Source: Octopus sinensis
Taxonomy: Eukaryota
Assembly (NCBI RefSeq): GCF_006345805.1
Contig: NC_042999.1
Location: forward strand, 87,606,001-87,670,000
DNA length: 64,000 nt
Reading direction: 5' to 3'
Below the pieces are notes generated by a model, which was not told the origin of the DNA, searched no databases, and was given only the letters and a program-made list of their open reading frames with translations. The translations under genes and the position numbers were made by a program. Shown one piece after another: positions 52,852 to 64,000 of the stretch. Each line of letters starts with the position of its first letter. Position 1 is the first letter of the stretch.

Positions 52852-53399
52852 TAATAATGATAAAGATGATGTGGATTAAATATGTGATCATCGGATTAAA
52901 AAAAACTACAAAAATATGAAAGAAAATTGTTTCTAGTGTAAATCATTTTAGGACACCGAAATATTTCTCTCATATATGAAACATAGTTGTTGCCGAGCAC
53001 GTTGTTATAACAAGGCACATGTGTAAAATTATTGACAACACTTGGAGATGTGATATACTCATACAAGAATTGAAACAAAACGCAAAAATGCGATGTCCCT
53101 ATAGAAAAACAGTGAGAATCAAATATTAGTAGTATATTTCTACACATATATAATACACATAAATGTAATATTTATGTAGTTCACACATGTACACGTACCA
53201 CATTACACATGTAAACAAGACAGCATAGAACACACAGTGTTTAAACAATTTAAAAGAGAAACATAGCAATAAATATAAGATGCAACGTGTCTCATTGTAA
53301 ACAGAGAGAAAAACAGCAGATATGGTCAGTAAGAAAACTACGAAAGCAAATACAGGTGAATTTTGATCTGTGAACCTTAGCACACTCCCAGAGACGTTG

Positions 53400-53962
53400 T
53401 TCTGCAAAAATCTAACACTGAATAGACAGACCTCTCTCTTAATGTCACTTCCCAAGCGAAAAACAAAACCAAAAAACAACGGTGGACAGATGACGACTAC
53501 ATTGAAGTGCTAAATGCATTCTACACTGCAAAATTATATCCAAACCACACAAGGATAATAAAAGAAACATATTAAATATGGAGAAAACATACCGAAAGAA
53601 GGTAAAAAGTCACGGAAAATGCTCTTGCGAATGTTCGGCGATACATATGTATAGTAAATATCCAATGAAGTAAACTATCACCAGCAGGTCGATATACCCA
53701 ACGTACTACACACACAATACAAACACTAATACAAAAAAAAAAAAATACCACACTCCATAAAAAAGGAAACTAGCGCAATACAATACTGGGAAAAGTTTGC
53801 ACACTCCCAGCAACAAAAATGAACATACACCACACCAACAACATGGAGGTGTAGCAGGTGATAAAGTAGAAATTTGCCTGAAACTACCAGATGCAGAATA
53901 ATAATAAAGAACGAATAAGGAATATTTGAATTGGTGAAAAAATATGTAACAGAGAAAGAGAG

Positions 53963-53993
<31 letters not shown>

Positions 53994-54000
53994 AGGGAGA

Positions 54001-54046
<46 letters not shown>

Positions 54047-55400
54047 AAGAGAGAGCGGAGAGAAAAAGGGAGGTGGAGAGAGAGGCGAGAGAGTGAGAAA
54101 GTGTGTGTGAGAGAGAAAAAGAGAGAAAGAAAGAGAGAAAGACAGAGAGAGAGAGAGACAAAGGGAGAGAGAAAGGAAGAGAGAGGGAAAGAGAGAGAAA
54201 GAATGAGAGCGAGAGAGCGAGTGAGAAAGAGAGAAGGACTATATTATTTGAGAGAACGAAGAGCAGGTAGGTCTGTATAATCCTGCATCTGTTATGAACA
54301 CAGGCATGATCAAAATGTTAAACACAGTACAACAATGTCATGAAGGTCTGTAAACTTACAATTCAAAAGATGTATCGATAGATAGTTACATTTAAGTGAA
54401 ATTAACTTAGGAAATGGCTGTGGAAGTTACACTTTCATCTTTTACACGTTCTAGACCAAACTATGTAGCCGTGCTAGGGTAACATATAGTTACCTCAGCA
54501 TAGTTACTTAGACAGACATACGCACATAGGTAGGTAGGAACATAGGCAGGTAGGTGAGACTACCGATATATTAAAAGTTATGTAAATAGAGAGATATATT
54601 AATAGATATACAAATAGATCGCCGAACCGAAGTGAAATGAAAAGAAATATAAATATTCATTATTGGTAACTAACTCGGACTGAGCTGTGTTGGTGGTTGG
54701 ACAGCGAACAGTGTAGTTTATTTAGATATTTTTAGTTTTTCAATTCCTTCACTTAATGGATGTGCTTTAATGCAATTAATTATCGTCTGCTGAATCGAAA
54801 CTTTTTTTTTATATAAAATATGGAAAACGATAGACGACATTAGCTAAAAAGAAGGAAGAATGAAAAATATTAATTTTCAAAAAATAAACATGTACATGTG
54901 TCAGCCTCCGCGATAATTGCATTGAAGCCGACACTATGCTATTCCACATCTTAAGAACTAGTATGAATGCCGTCCACAGCCAGTCATTGAAGGAGAGAAT
55001 GTTACCATTCTATTGGACTGTTGGATACACACAGACAGGGAAATAAATGCCAACAGGCCAGACGTCGACATCAAAGACCTCAGACAAAAACAATACATGT
55101 CTGTTAATTGATATGACGGTGCCTACTGACAGAGATTTCCCAGCAATAGAATATGAGAAATTATCTAAACAGAAGGACCTTTAGATCGTGACATCTTGGT
55201 CATGACAATTAAAAGCCAAAAATGATCCATTTTGTGAGTGTTCTGGGAATGATAAAGAAATGTACCGACAAACTTTTTGACCAGATCCCAGGGAAACCAA
55301 TAAAGTACGAGGTTCAAAGACTTGTGTTGGCATCAACTGTTCACCTTCTCAGAAAGCGTCTCTCCTGATATATACGTGCCTTAGGTCTCTGGTTCAGCCG
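53400..55400 (+). mobile_element. Fragmented old R4/Dong-clade element (N-terminal region and RLE), split by a GA tract
   Basis: 'RWTDDDYIEVLNAFYTA' (about 53480) resembles the Dong N-terminus; 'ILLDCWIHTDREINANRPDVDIKD...LIDMTVP...EYEKLSKQKDL' (55.0-55.2 kb) is RLE. Confidence 0.7.
53950..54237. repeat. Long GA-rich polypurine microsatellite
   Basis: Seen directly. Confidence 0.95.
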
Positions 55401-56811
55401 GAAGAGGAAATAAAATGGAAATCAAACAAGAGGAAATAATCCTTTTCCCTATCAGCACAAGGCCTAAAATTTAGAGGAAGGGCACTGATTTTATTGACCC
55501 CGAAAGGGTGAAAGGCAAAGTCAACTTTGACGGAATTTGAAACTTGATTTTGACTTGAGCACAAGACCAGAAATTTCGAGAATGTGTTAATCGAGTTAAT
55601 AGATTTTGTTAATTGAGTACATAGATGCTGCTGTCGTGACTGTTGATTTGATTGCAGAGGTCGGAATGTTGTAAAGGTGGGGCTCTGCTCTCGTCTTTTA
55701 CTCAGCAGGGTAAATATTTAAACGTTCTTGGGTGACTGTTTAAACACATCTGTAACAATCTGAATATTAACCCCCGATGTCTATTAGCACACTTTTCGAA
55801 ATAAAAACTATCGAAGATTCCTGTAAATTCTCCTGGTGAAACGAAACGACTGCAATTCAGGTGTCATTCTCGTTCAGGTTTGCCAAAGTTGAACTCTACG
55901 GCTACTATCATTCGTGCCTGACCAATATGGATGGTATGGTTGTTGACCCTTCCTTCAGTTACTAACATCCAACATTCGGTAGAATCATAACGAACAATGG
56001 AAATTTCCACTGGCATATGAATATGGCATATATTTGTGTTTCCTTCTCACTTCTGCTACCATTGTGTGCTTTTCTTTGCAAACGTAGACTACAAATGGAC
56101 AAACTTCTTCCAAGCATTTTTCAATTAGTGTTGGTATCAAGGTTTGCATCAGTCGGTTCTATTATTCATGTATGCATGACAAATTGGTAGGTGCTGCTTA
56201 GCTTATTTGTAGGTTTTGAGGACATTTACGTTGCCTTGATCGAGTTTAACATTGTTTCACTGTGACTTTCTTTGTTGGTTTGTCGTAACTTATTTTTATT
56301 GTTCCCCTGCGTTTGCAATTACTATTGACAACGCAGCATGAAGACGGGAATTATTCAGAAGCTACATGTTTCAAGGTATTTATCGATTTCGCGGCGTAAC
56401 ATCAATATAGTGGAAGGGTTTGGTATGGCAGTTACTTCAATGTAGCAATGGAAATTAATATGATAGTGACATCAAACATCTACGTTACTATGTCTACTGC
56501 CTTTATAAGTCGAACACAATGGGAATTCCAAGTGTATTTTCATTCTTTTTGTCTTATCTGTCGGGCCACTATTATCACATTGACCACAAACATTATGATG
56601 TCATGCATGGGATCCATGGCTTTTAAAGACATCATGTATTGTTTAAAAAAACACAGCGTTTTAAAGAACTAAACGATTCTGTAGCGAAATCATCCTAAAA
56701 ATAGGAAAGAAAACAGTATTTTATGTCAGTTTCTATATAACATTGATAACTAAACTAGAGCAAAACACAATATGAAACATATGAAGAAAGAAAATTACGT
56801 AGTAATCGAAT

Positions 56812-56867
<56 letters not shown>

Positions 56868-56892
56868 GCTACTATTGCTACTACTACTACTA

Positions 56893-56940
<48 letters not shown>
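56812..56940. repeat. (CTA)n microsatellite
   Basis: Seen directly. Confidence 0.97.
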
Positions 56941-56942
56941 AA

Positions 56943-57216
56943 GAACTCTTGTCATGAATGACTTTGGGATTACACTTTGAAAGCTCCCCTCTGAGGCGCA
57001 AGTCCGGGCAAGGTTGTCGCCCGTGCATACCAGCCCCTCCTCTCCACGCCACAGATGTTACCTAAGGGAAAAGCAGCTCGTTTCCACAGCTCAAGTGGAT
57101 GAGAGCAACGTGAAATAGTGTCTTGCTCAAGAACACAGCACACAGCTCGGTCCGAGAATCGAACACGCTACCTCATGATTGTAAGCCCGACGCTTTTACC
57201 ACTAAGCCATGCGCCT
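56943..57216 (-). mobile_element. tRNA-derived SINE with Nin/Deu-like core embedded in (TAG)n
   Basis: Minus head aaggcgcaTGGCTTAGTGGtaaaag...GTTCGATTC, core ttcttgagcaagacactatttcacgttgctc. Confidence 0.85.
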
Positions 57217-57267
<51 letters not shown>

Positions 57268-57384
57268 AATTACTACTACTACCACCACTACCGCTGCTGC
57301 TGCTACTGTTGCTGCTGCTACTGCTGCTGCTGCTACTGCTGCTGCTGCTACTGCTGCTGCTACTGCTGCTTGTAGTAGTAGTAG
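57217..57384. repeat. (CTA)n grading into (CTG)n trinucleotide repeat
   Basis: Seen directly. Confidence 0.95.
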
Positions 57385-58511
57385 CGGTTTCTAATATAGG
57401 TATAATTTTTGCCGAGAAAAAGGGAACTACATAGATTCTAGTACCAGTACTTTATGTTGCGATGAAAGTTAAGTTAACCTCGTCGGGATTTGAGGAAAAG
57501 AGACGAAATATACACCATAAAAGTAGCTTATCTGGTGTTCTAACACTTCTTCGAAACAAACTCAACTCACATAATTTGGAAATATGTATTTGTTAATTAA
57601 CTAATAATTAGCTATGTAACTGTCGCAAGGATAAATTGAGATTTTGATAGATGTAACACATAAAAATTTGGCCCTCGAGTCACTTATGTAAATTTACTAG
57701 TATAAAGAAAATAGATCTCAGTACCATTAGAAACGGAGGACTATATTTATTGATTGATGGTAGTATGGAAACTTACTTACAGGACTTTAAGTTTCTGTGT
57801 AAACACTTTGAAGATCATCCCACTGCACAGCTGAATACACGCAACGATCATCGAATTGTTGACACAAACTTAAAATACCGGCATCAGTCAACAAATACAG
57901 TCCTCTGTTTTCAATGACATTGATGTCTACCACTTTAGTCGACGCACGCGGTTTTGCGGTGTATTTATATATACATAAGTCACAATATAAGGATTCAAGT
58001 GATAGTCATAAAAAGCTCCTTAATGTATCATTCTATAAATCACATAGAATATATAGTGCGATACAAGAGAAAACGATAAGTTGTACATAAAGTCATCATT
58101 GACAGAGAAATTATATTACTATAATTCTCTTCCATTTATTAGACAATCATAATTATTTTATATCAATTTTATTATTTTCTCCCATAATCTCTTAAATTTT
58201 GACGTTGCGCACTTCAACTGTTACGTCGAGAATTTAGTACTTAACAAAGAGTTTCTTTTACCTGAGGACGTAGCTGAAATTGTGAACTATTTTGAAAGAT
58301 TTTCTTTTGCATTTTGCATTAACACAGACATGTAAGTTATTTATTATTGAATAAGATAATATAAAATATTTACATGTATTTAAGTTACAAAACATTTTGT
58401 CATGATATTTGAATTTTCTTATCTTTAAATTAAATTTCATCAAACAATATCTCTGTCATTCATGACTTATGTATTTTTATATGTATGTATAGGTATATAT
58501 ATATATAATAT

Positions 58512-58556
<45 letters not shown>

Positions 58557-58677
58557 TATTCACCAACCAAATTCACTCACAAAGCATTAGTCGGCACGAG
58601 GCTATAGTAGATGACTCTACTCTTAAACTAGTCGTCGTGTGTATGTTCCTAAAACCACTATTATTGGATTCTTTAAA

Positions 58678-58885
58678 AGGTAGCGGGCTGGCAGAATCGC
58701 TATTATGCCGAACAAAATGCTTAGCGGTATTTCGTCTGTCATCCTTTCGGGGGCTATGAAATGAGTACCAATGTAATCGACTGAGGTCAATGTAATTACT
58801 GAGGTCAATGTAATTACTGAGGTCAATGTAATTACTGAGGTCAATGTAATCGACTAGCCCCTTCACGAAAACTTCATACCTTATT
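58678..58885 (+). mobile_element. SINE with tandem 18-bp expansion in its 3' region
   Basis: Head aggtagcgggctggcagaatcg...aaaatgcttagcggtatttcg; caatgtaattactgaggt x3 plus variant flanking units. Confidence 0.8.
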
Positions 58886-58902
58886 GATTGTCAGGTGTTT
58901 TA

Positions 58903-59115
58903 AGGCGGCCAGTAGACATAATCGTTTGCGCATCGTACAAAATACTTAAAAGCAATCCTCCAGGCTCTTTGCATCCTAAGTCCAAATTTCAACGATGCTA
59001 ACTTTACCTTTCATCCTTTCGAGGACAATTAAATAGGTACCAGTCAAGTACTGGAGTCAATGTAATCAAATTATTCCTCCCCTCAAAACTACTGGTCTTA
59101 TGCCAAAATTAGAAA
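58903..59115 (+). mobile_element. Degraded SINE of the same family, in tandem
   Basis: aaggcggccagt..cataatcgtt...ctttcatcctttcg...gtaccagtcaagtactggagtcaatgtaatc...ctggtcttatgccaaaattagaaa. Confidence 0.7.
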
Positions 59116-59587
59116 TAATTATTTAGTGCTTTACTAAACCAGGTACAATGTGTTGAGTATTATTTCACAGTGGTCAGTTGACAGGAGAGTAAGTAGTTTA
59201 AACTATAGCTTCACCGATCTTTTTGCTGTCCACGTTGAAACTGTATATACATGACACTCGCTTAGGGTATTTAGTCTATCTAGCTAATTTCCATTAGTTT
59301 ATACATGCAATGACGGATAAATTATCATGAATTAATTCAGTAGTAAAGTTTGATGTTAAAAAATTCCCCCAGAAACTGATGTTAATGCATTAGTAAAGTT
59401 AATTAGTTAAACTGTACAGAATACTATAAACAAAATTGTATTCAAACGATTTGTCGTTCTTAAATAACATTCTAAAATCTATCCAAAACTTAGATAGAGG
59501 GACATTTGACTGCTATTTTACTTTATTTCTCACAATGGAAATTAAACAAATTTCTAAGTAGGTTAATGATAATTTATGCTTTGCTAG

Positions 59588-59712
59588 ATATTCATTTTGT
59601 AATTTCTGGATACGAGGCAATACATACAATTCACACACACGTTACAAAAGATTATGTAGTACCCAGAACAATCTGGAATATAATGAGTAAAAATACAAGA
59701 ATAAACGATGAG
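59588..59712 (+). other. Candidate 125-bp exon
   Basis: ttatgctttgcTAG acceptor, consensus GAG|GTAAGT donor, one open frame; no homology recognised. Confidence 0.25.
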
Positions 59713-61959
59713 GTAAGTATCCAGAATAAAGGTAAAACAAAACTCAGGGGCCATACAGTAAAAACACAATCTCTTGTTGAAGTCAGGAGTCCCCATGGCG
59801 TAAATACACAAAGAAATACTAGTAAAAGAAGCTATGAATGAACCTATAATGACGTTTCTGTATTCTTGATCAATCTATGGTTGATCATGGATTCTTAGAA
59901 AAATGACTCACATACACCCACAGCTACATACATATACCCACTCAGTCATACGTTTGCAGATGCGTGTGGGATAAAATTCTTTTCTCACAATGTACCACTC
60001 TAGTGTTTTAAAACATCATTTCTCTTATAGCTAACTGTTTCTTTTCATAAATTCTTCTGCTGCATTTAATGAAGTTCAGAGCTTTCGAAATGACATTATG
60101 CTTGCGATTGTCCAAATGATAGACAGTTGTATTTCATATAGACGACTCACGTTTCATATGTGACCCTCATACAGACGGCTTTGAAATTAATGTATTCTTG
60201 TCATGTATTACATCGGAAACTGTCTTTTCTCATATTTTGTACTAGCACTCGCGTAATATATGCAGTGTCACCAGAATTGTATAACACTACAATATCTTTA
60301 ACATAATATTCATTCAATCTATATTTATTTAACTAGTAGCCATTTTACTGTGAACATAAAAGACTATTTTCCAGAATGTGAAAATTATGTTCAAAGATAA
60401 AAATATTGTTTCGTTTACGTCAACAGGTTTTTCGTAATTTTGTACATCATTTTTGTTTTCTTTTGTTTCTGACTATTCATATATTTTTACATTAAATAGG
60501 AAATCTTTATAAATCGGAAACTTTTGTACCGATAGTTTGTTTAACATGAAATTTTATTATATGACATAGAATTTCACAATGTTCAATATCTGAATGAAGG
60601 TATCTGCAAACCACCATGATAGCTAGTGTGGTAGTTTCATCGTTTAGATTAAATATATTTATAATAGAGTCCTCTAAAGAAAGAACTCACTGTATTATGT
60701 AAAGGAAATTGGGTAATTGTAAAAAGTTGCTAGGAAAGAAGATAGAGTGGCTTATTTACATGTTTTGAACAATTTTCTAAAATTTTATTCTGGCTAGGCT
60801 ATCACACAAAAAGAAAACGAGCTATATAAACTGAAGTAATAATTTTATGAAAATGTTTTCATAAATTCATCTTTTTTCATTTGTTTCATAAGTGGCTTAC
60901 TCTAGGATATAACGTCCATTATTAGTTCAATCGGTTTCAAAAGACTGAGCGTAAGGATTTTAATTTAATGTTCTTTCTCCCTTATGGTTTGTCTTTTGTC
61001 ACTGTTTAACTATTGAATCATATAATCGATCGACTTGTCATACAAAAGATATATAGCCGTTAACAGAGGGAAAACAAAGAGAATAAATTGCCTCCTATTT
61101 AATGCGAATACTGGAAACATTTAGGCCGCATTTTATTGTTGAAACCAAGCAACAAATGAGAAACGGCATCTCAAATGAACCAAAAGGGTGGATATATAAA
61201 ATACTTGAAAGAAAATATGCTTTATTTTGAGCGAATCAATGCAGCGATAAAACTAAATTTTATCTAAAACAATCGATGCATCAAATGTATAAAATGTAAA
61301 GTAGAACACAGAGAGAATGATTTGCTGTTTACAATACTAACACATCCACTTTGCTTCTCGTCTAGTGAAAGGCCAGTTTATTCTAATGTATAAATTATAA
61401 CGCATTATATACTAAAAAATGAGTTGTTCACTTTCATAATAAATAGCGTGATGTATTTGATAACGGGTCGGTGGATTATGGAAAACTTTATCGAATAGAT
61501 AAATAAGATCATACCAAGTACGAAGGCAACAATATAGTTGTTGCAGTATGAATTATAATTTGATAAATTCTGTTTTTGAATTCATCGAATACATCTATCT
61601 TTTTGTATCTACATGATAATTAAGAAATATTCACTAAGATAATTTGGAATATGAGAAATAGAAATATAATGACACTGCTACCAGCTTCAATGGAATACTA
61701 TGTATTGATTTCTTTTGATCGGGAATAAGGTCAACTACTGAGGGGTAGTATATCAACTGAATTGACTTGGCATATTACTAATGTTTATTTTTGAATAGAA
61801 ACAGAATTATAACAATGAATCGATTGTGGTGACTTAGAAACCTAGAACATCAAATCTAATTGTTTTTCAACACAATCTTCTTTAATGGATTATAAAACGT
61901 TTTAGATTTCATTTGATAAATAATCGTAAGTGAGGCCCTAGCTTATGATGATGCTAGGG

Positions 61960-63090
61960 CTTAGCTGATCATGGAATTTGACGAAAGGCTCAGATAGACC
62001 ATAGTCGCTGACGTTTCGGTCTGTCTGGGTATTTCTTTAACATCGTTAAGTCGTTTCTTTCAAAACCAATCAAGGTATCCCTGATATTCGGCAGTCGAAG
62101 TCATATGCTATCAATGCCGGAAAATCTCAAGGCTCTTTTCTTGATCTTGCTCTTTTCCTCCTTTAATGATATTTCAAATCACATCATTTCTAAACTCGCC
62201 ATCTATGCCGATGACACTACTGTTTACTCCTGTTATAAAAGACTAGCAATCTTTTACGACAGGAGTAAACAGTAAAATACTAGCAGTAGGCCGCCTTCCG
62301 TGAGGCTGATCTTCATGCGGTCGTGGAGTTGGGTAGCGAGCAGCTGCTAACATTTAATTCTCGCAGGATAAAACTTGCGTAAATTAATCGTTATAAGCAG
62401 CCATTCTTTTCTTCTATTGCTATGGGCAAGGCTGGTCTTTCAGAGAGGTAAAATATCCGATTTCTTTGTTTGACTTAGAACAAAGATCTCTCTGAGAATT
62501 ATTATTTCCATTCCATTGCCGGGTCAACTGTCAGGAAGGTTCATGCTTAAAAATTTATTATGCCCGTGAATATGTTGTACCTCCAATGTCACCATTTGAC
62601 CTTGCATTGAATATTATAGTCATCTTTGGGCTAGTGCTTCTTCTGGGTGTTTTAACTCTCTTTATCGCATCGAGAATCGAGTTAACATCATGAGGTCTTT
62701 TTTCAACTAGGTTGGAATCATTGGCTCATCATCGAAATGTATCATCGTTGTGTCTTTTCTATAAGTAATTTTATGCCCAATGATCTCATGAAATTTCTTG
62801 TTAAGTACTCTCAGTCAAGTTTTCTAAGAGGGTCACCTGCTTCTCTTTCCAGACGCATCATTTCTCTATTGAGCTTTCTGTTAGTCATTACTATTTTTAT
62901 TCGAATGCTTCCATTTCTCGAACTGCTGCTCTTTGGAACTCACCCCTATTGTCTTGCTTTTCTCTGGTATGTGATATTCTGTCATGTAAGCATTTTTTCA
63001 ATCGACATCTTCTGAATCTGTAAGCACCTTTTCTCTTTCCTTGCAGTCCTTTATACTACAGTAGTTCAAACCTTGTTTGGGACAAAATCA
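61960..63090 (+). mobile_element. Decayed CR1/L2-group LINE RT and 3' region
   Basis: 'INAGKSQGSFLDLALFLL/ND..SKLAIYADDTTVYS' with YADD at 62204-62215; downstream remnants resembling RP.LEY and FF.R. Confidence 0.8.
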
Positions 63091-63539
63091 TTAGAAAATA
63101 ATTTTCTAACGATGATTTGGAACACAATTCTGCTTGAATGAACTGTAATACTTCAGAAGGAAGAGGGAAAAGGATATTTTCACTATGAAACACAATATAA
63201 GCTCTGGGCTGTTTGCATAAACGCTCTTCTTCACTAAGTACGAACTCATATCAGAAGAAATATATTTGAAAGAGGATCCAATATTTGCTGTCATTATTGT
63301 ATCATGTTTGATTGATACATACTTAATTGAGGGCCAGGTCTTCATGATAAAAAATACGAAGTATATTTTAATAATATTATTTATGCGAACACATACGCAC
63401 GGCTAACCTGAAAAAAAAACCCGTTAATTTTTCACTGAAATGATTCTGTTATACTAAAGTTAGAAGTTCATATTGGATAATGTAGTACTATATACACGCC
63501 ACATAAAAAGACTAGGTGATAACAGTTTGTTTTCACTGT

Positions 63540-63770
63540 CCTGTTTTTGTCACCAATCTCTACCCTCCACAAGATTGTTTCATAGAAGGTGTATCTTGTC
63601 GTGAATTGCTCGAAATACGGATTAGAAAAGCAGCCGACAACTGATGAAGGGTCGTTCCTTGTGTTGCGTGTCTTGTTTTCCATTTGTTTCTTTCATTGCT
63701 TGCAAAAATGTCCTTATTCCATGTCATCGTACTTCGTATTGTTTGTTGTTTATGCTCTGTAATGTCCTAT
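63540..63770 (+). repeat. Interspersed repeat remnant with hammerhead-like fragments (possibly PLE-derived)
   Basis: gctcGAAAtac...caaCTGATGAaggg followed by a T-rich tail. Confidence 0.3.
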
Positions 63771-64000
63771 GCCCACATATGCATGTGTGTATACGTATAC
63801 ATGTAAGTATGTACGTATACGTATGTATATATGCAGGCCTTGCTATTTGCTTTTGAGCCAAATTAATTAACTAACTAACTAACTAACATATATTATTTTT
63901 ATTATATATATATATCACGAGACCTACCACCCCTCCTACTTCTATTCCATCCACCCCTTCTCCACTTCCGTCTGTTGTTACCATTCCCCCCGATCTTCCC

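Noticed and set aside
55640-56420. Possible decayed LTR-retrotransposon (protease-like) sequence on the minus strand
   Set aside because: No diagnostic motif could be read with confidence
58769-58855. CRISPR-like direct repeats
   Set aside because: No spacers, eukaryotic context and no cas genes; a simple tandem repeat in a SINE
62005-62030. Minus-strand GAAACGTC hammerhead-like half
   Set aside because: No CUGANGA box, and it lies within the LINE RT remnant
63605-63665. GAAA...CTGATGA as a type II hammerhead
   Set aside because: Required stems do not pair; at most a decayed remnant

Overview
AT-rich eukaryotic genomic DNA with many microsatellites and no recognisable intact protein-coding gene. 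The SINE and interspersed-repeat families, recalled rather than searched, point to an octopus (coleoid cephalopod) intron or intergenic region. Mobile-element content: about five R4/Dong-clade (RT plus restriction-like endonuclease, RLE) non-LTR retrotransposon copies of different ages, two of them with (TAA)n tails; RTE-clade and CR1/L2-like LINE remnants; Penelope-like remnants with hammerhead-ribozyme-like cores; a TA-flanked mariner MITE; a possible hAT end; and more than 15 tRNA-derived SINE copies. Nearly all ORFs in the supplied track are microsatellite translations or retroelement fragments. The items most worth following up are a hammerhead candidate at about 14.43 kb, microsatellite-flanked non-autonomous elements, inverted-repeat/dsRNA structures, and weak splice/promoter signatures (17.2-17.7 kb, 57.8-58.0 kb, 59.6 kb). 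I found no convincing evidence for a new multi-gene system. All translations and alignments were done by eye.
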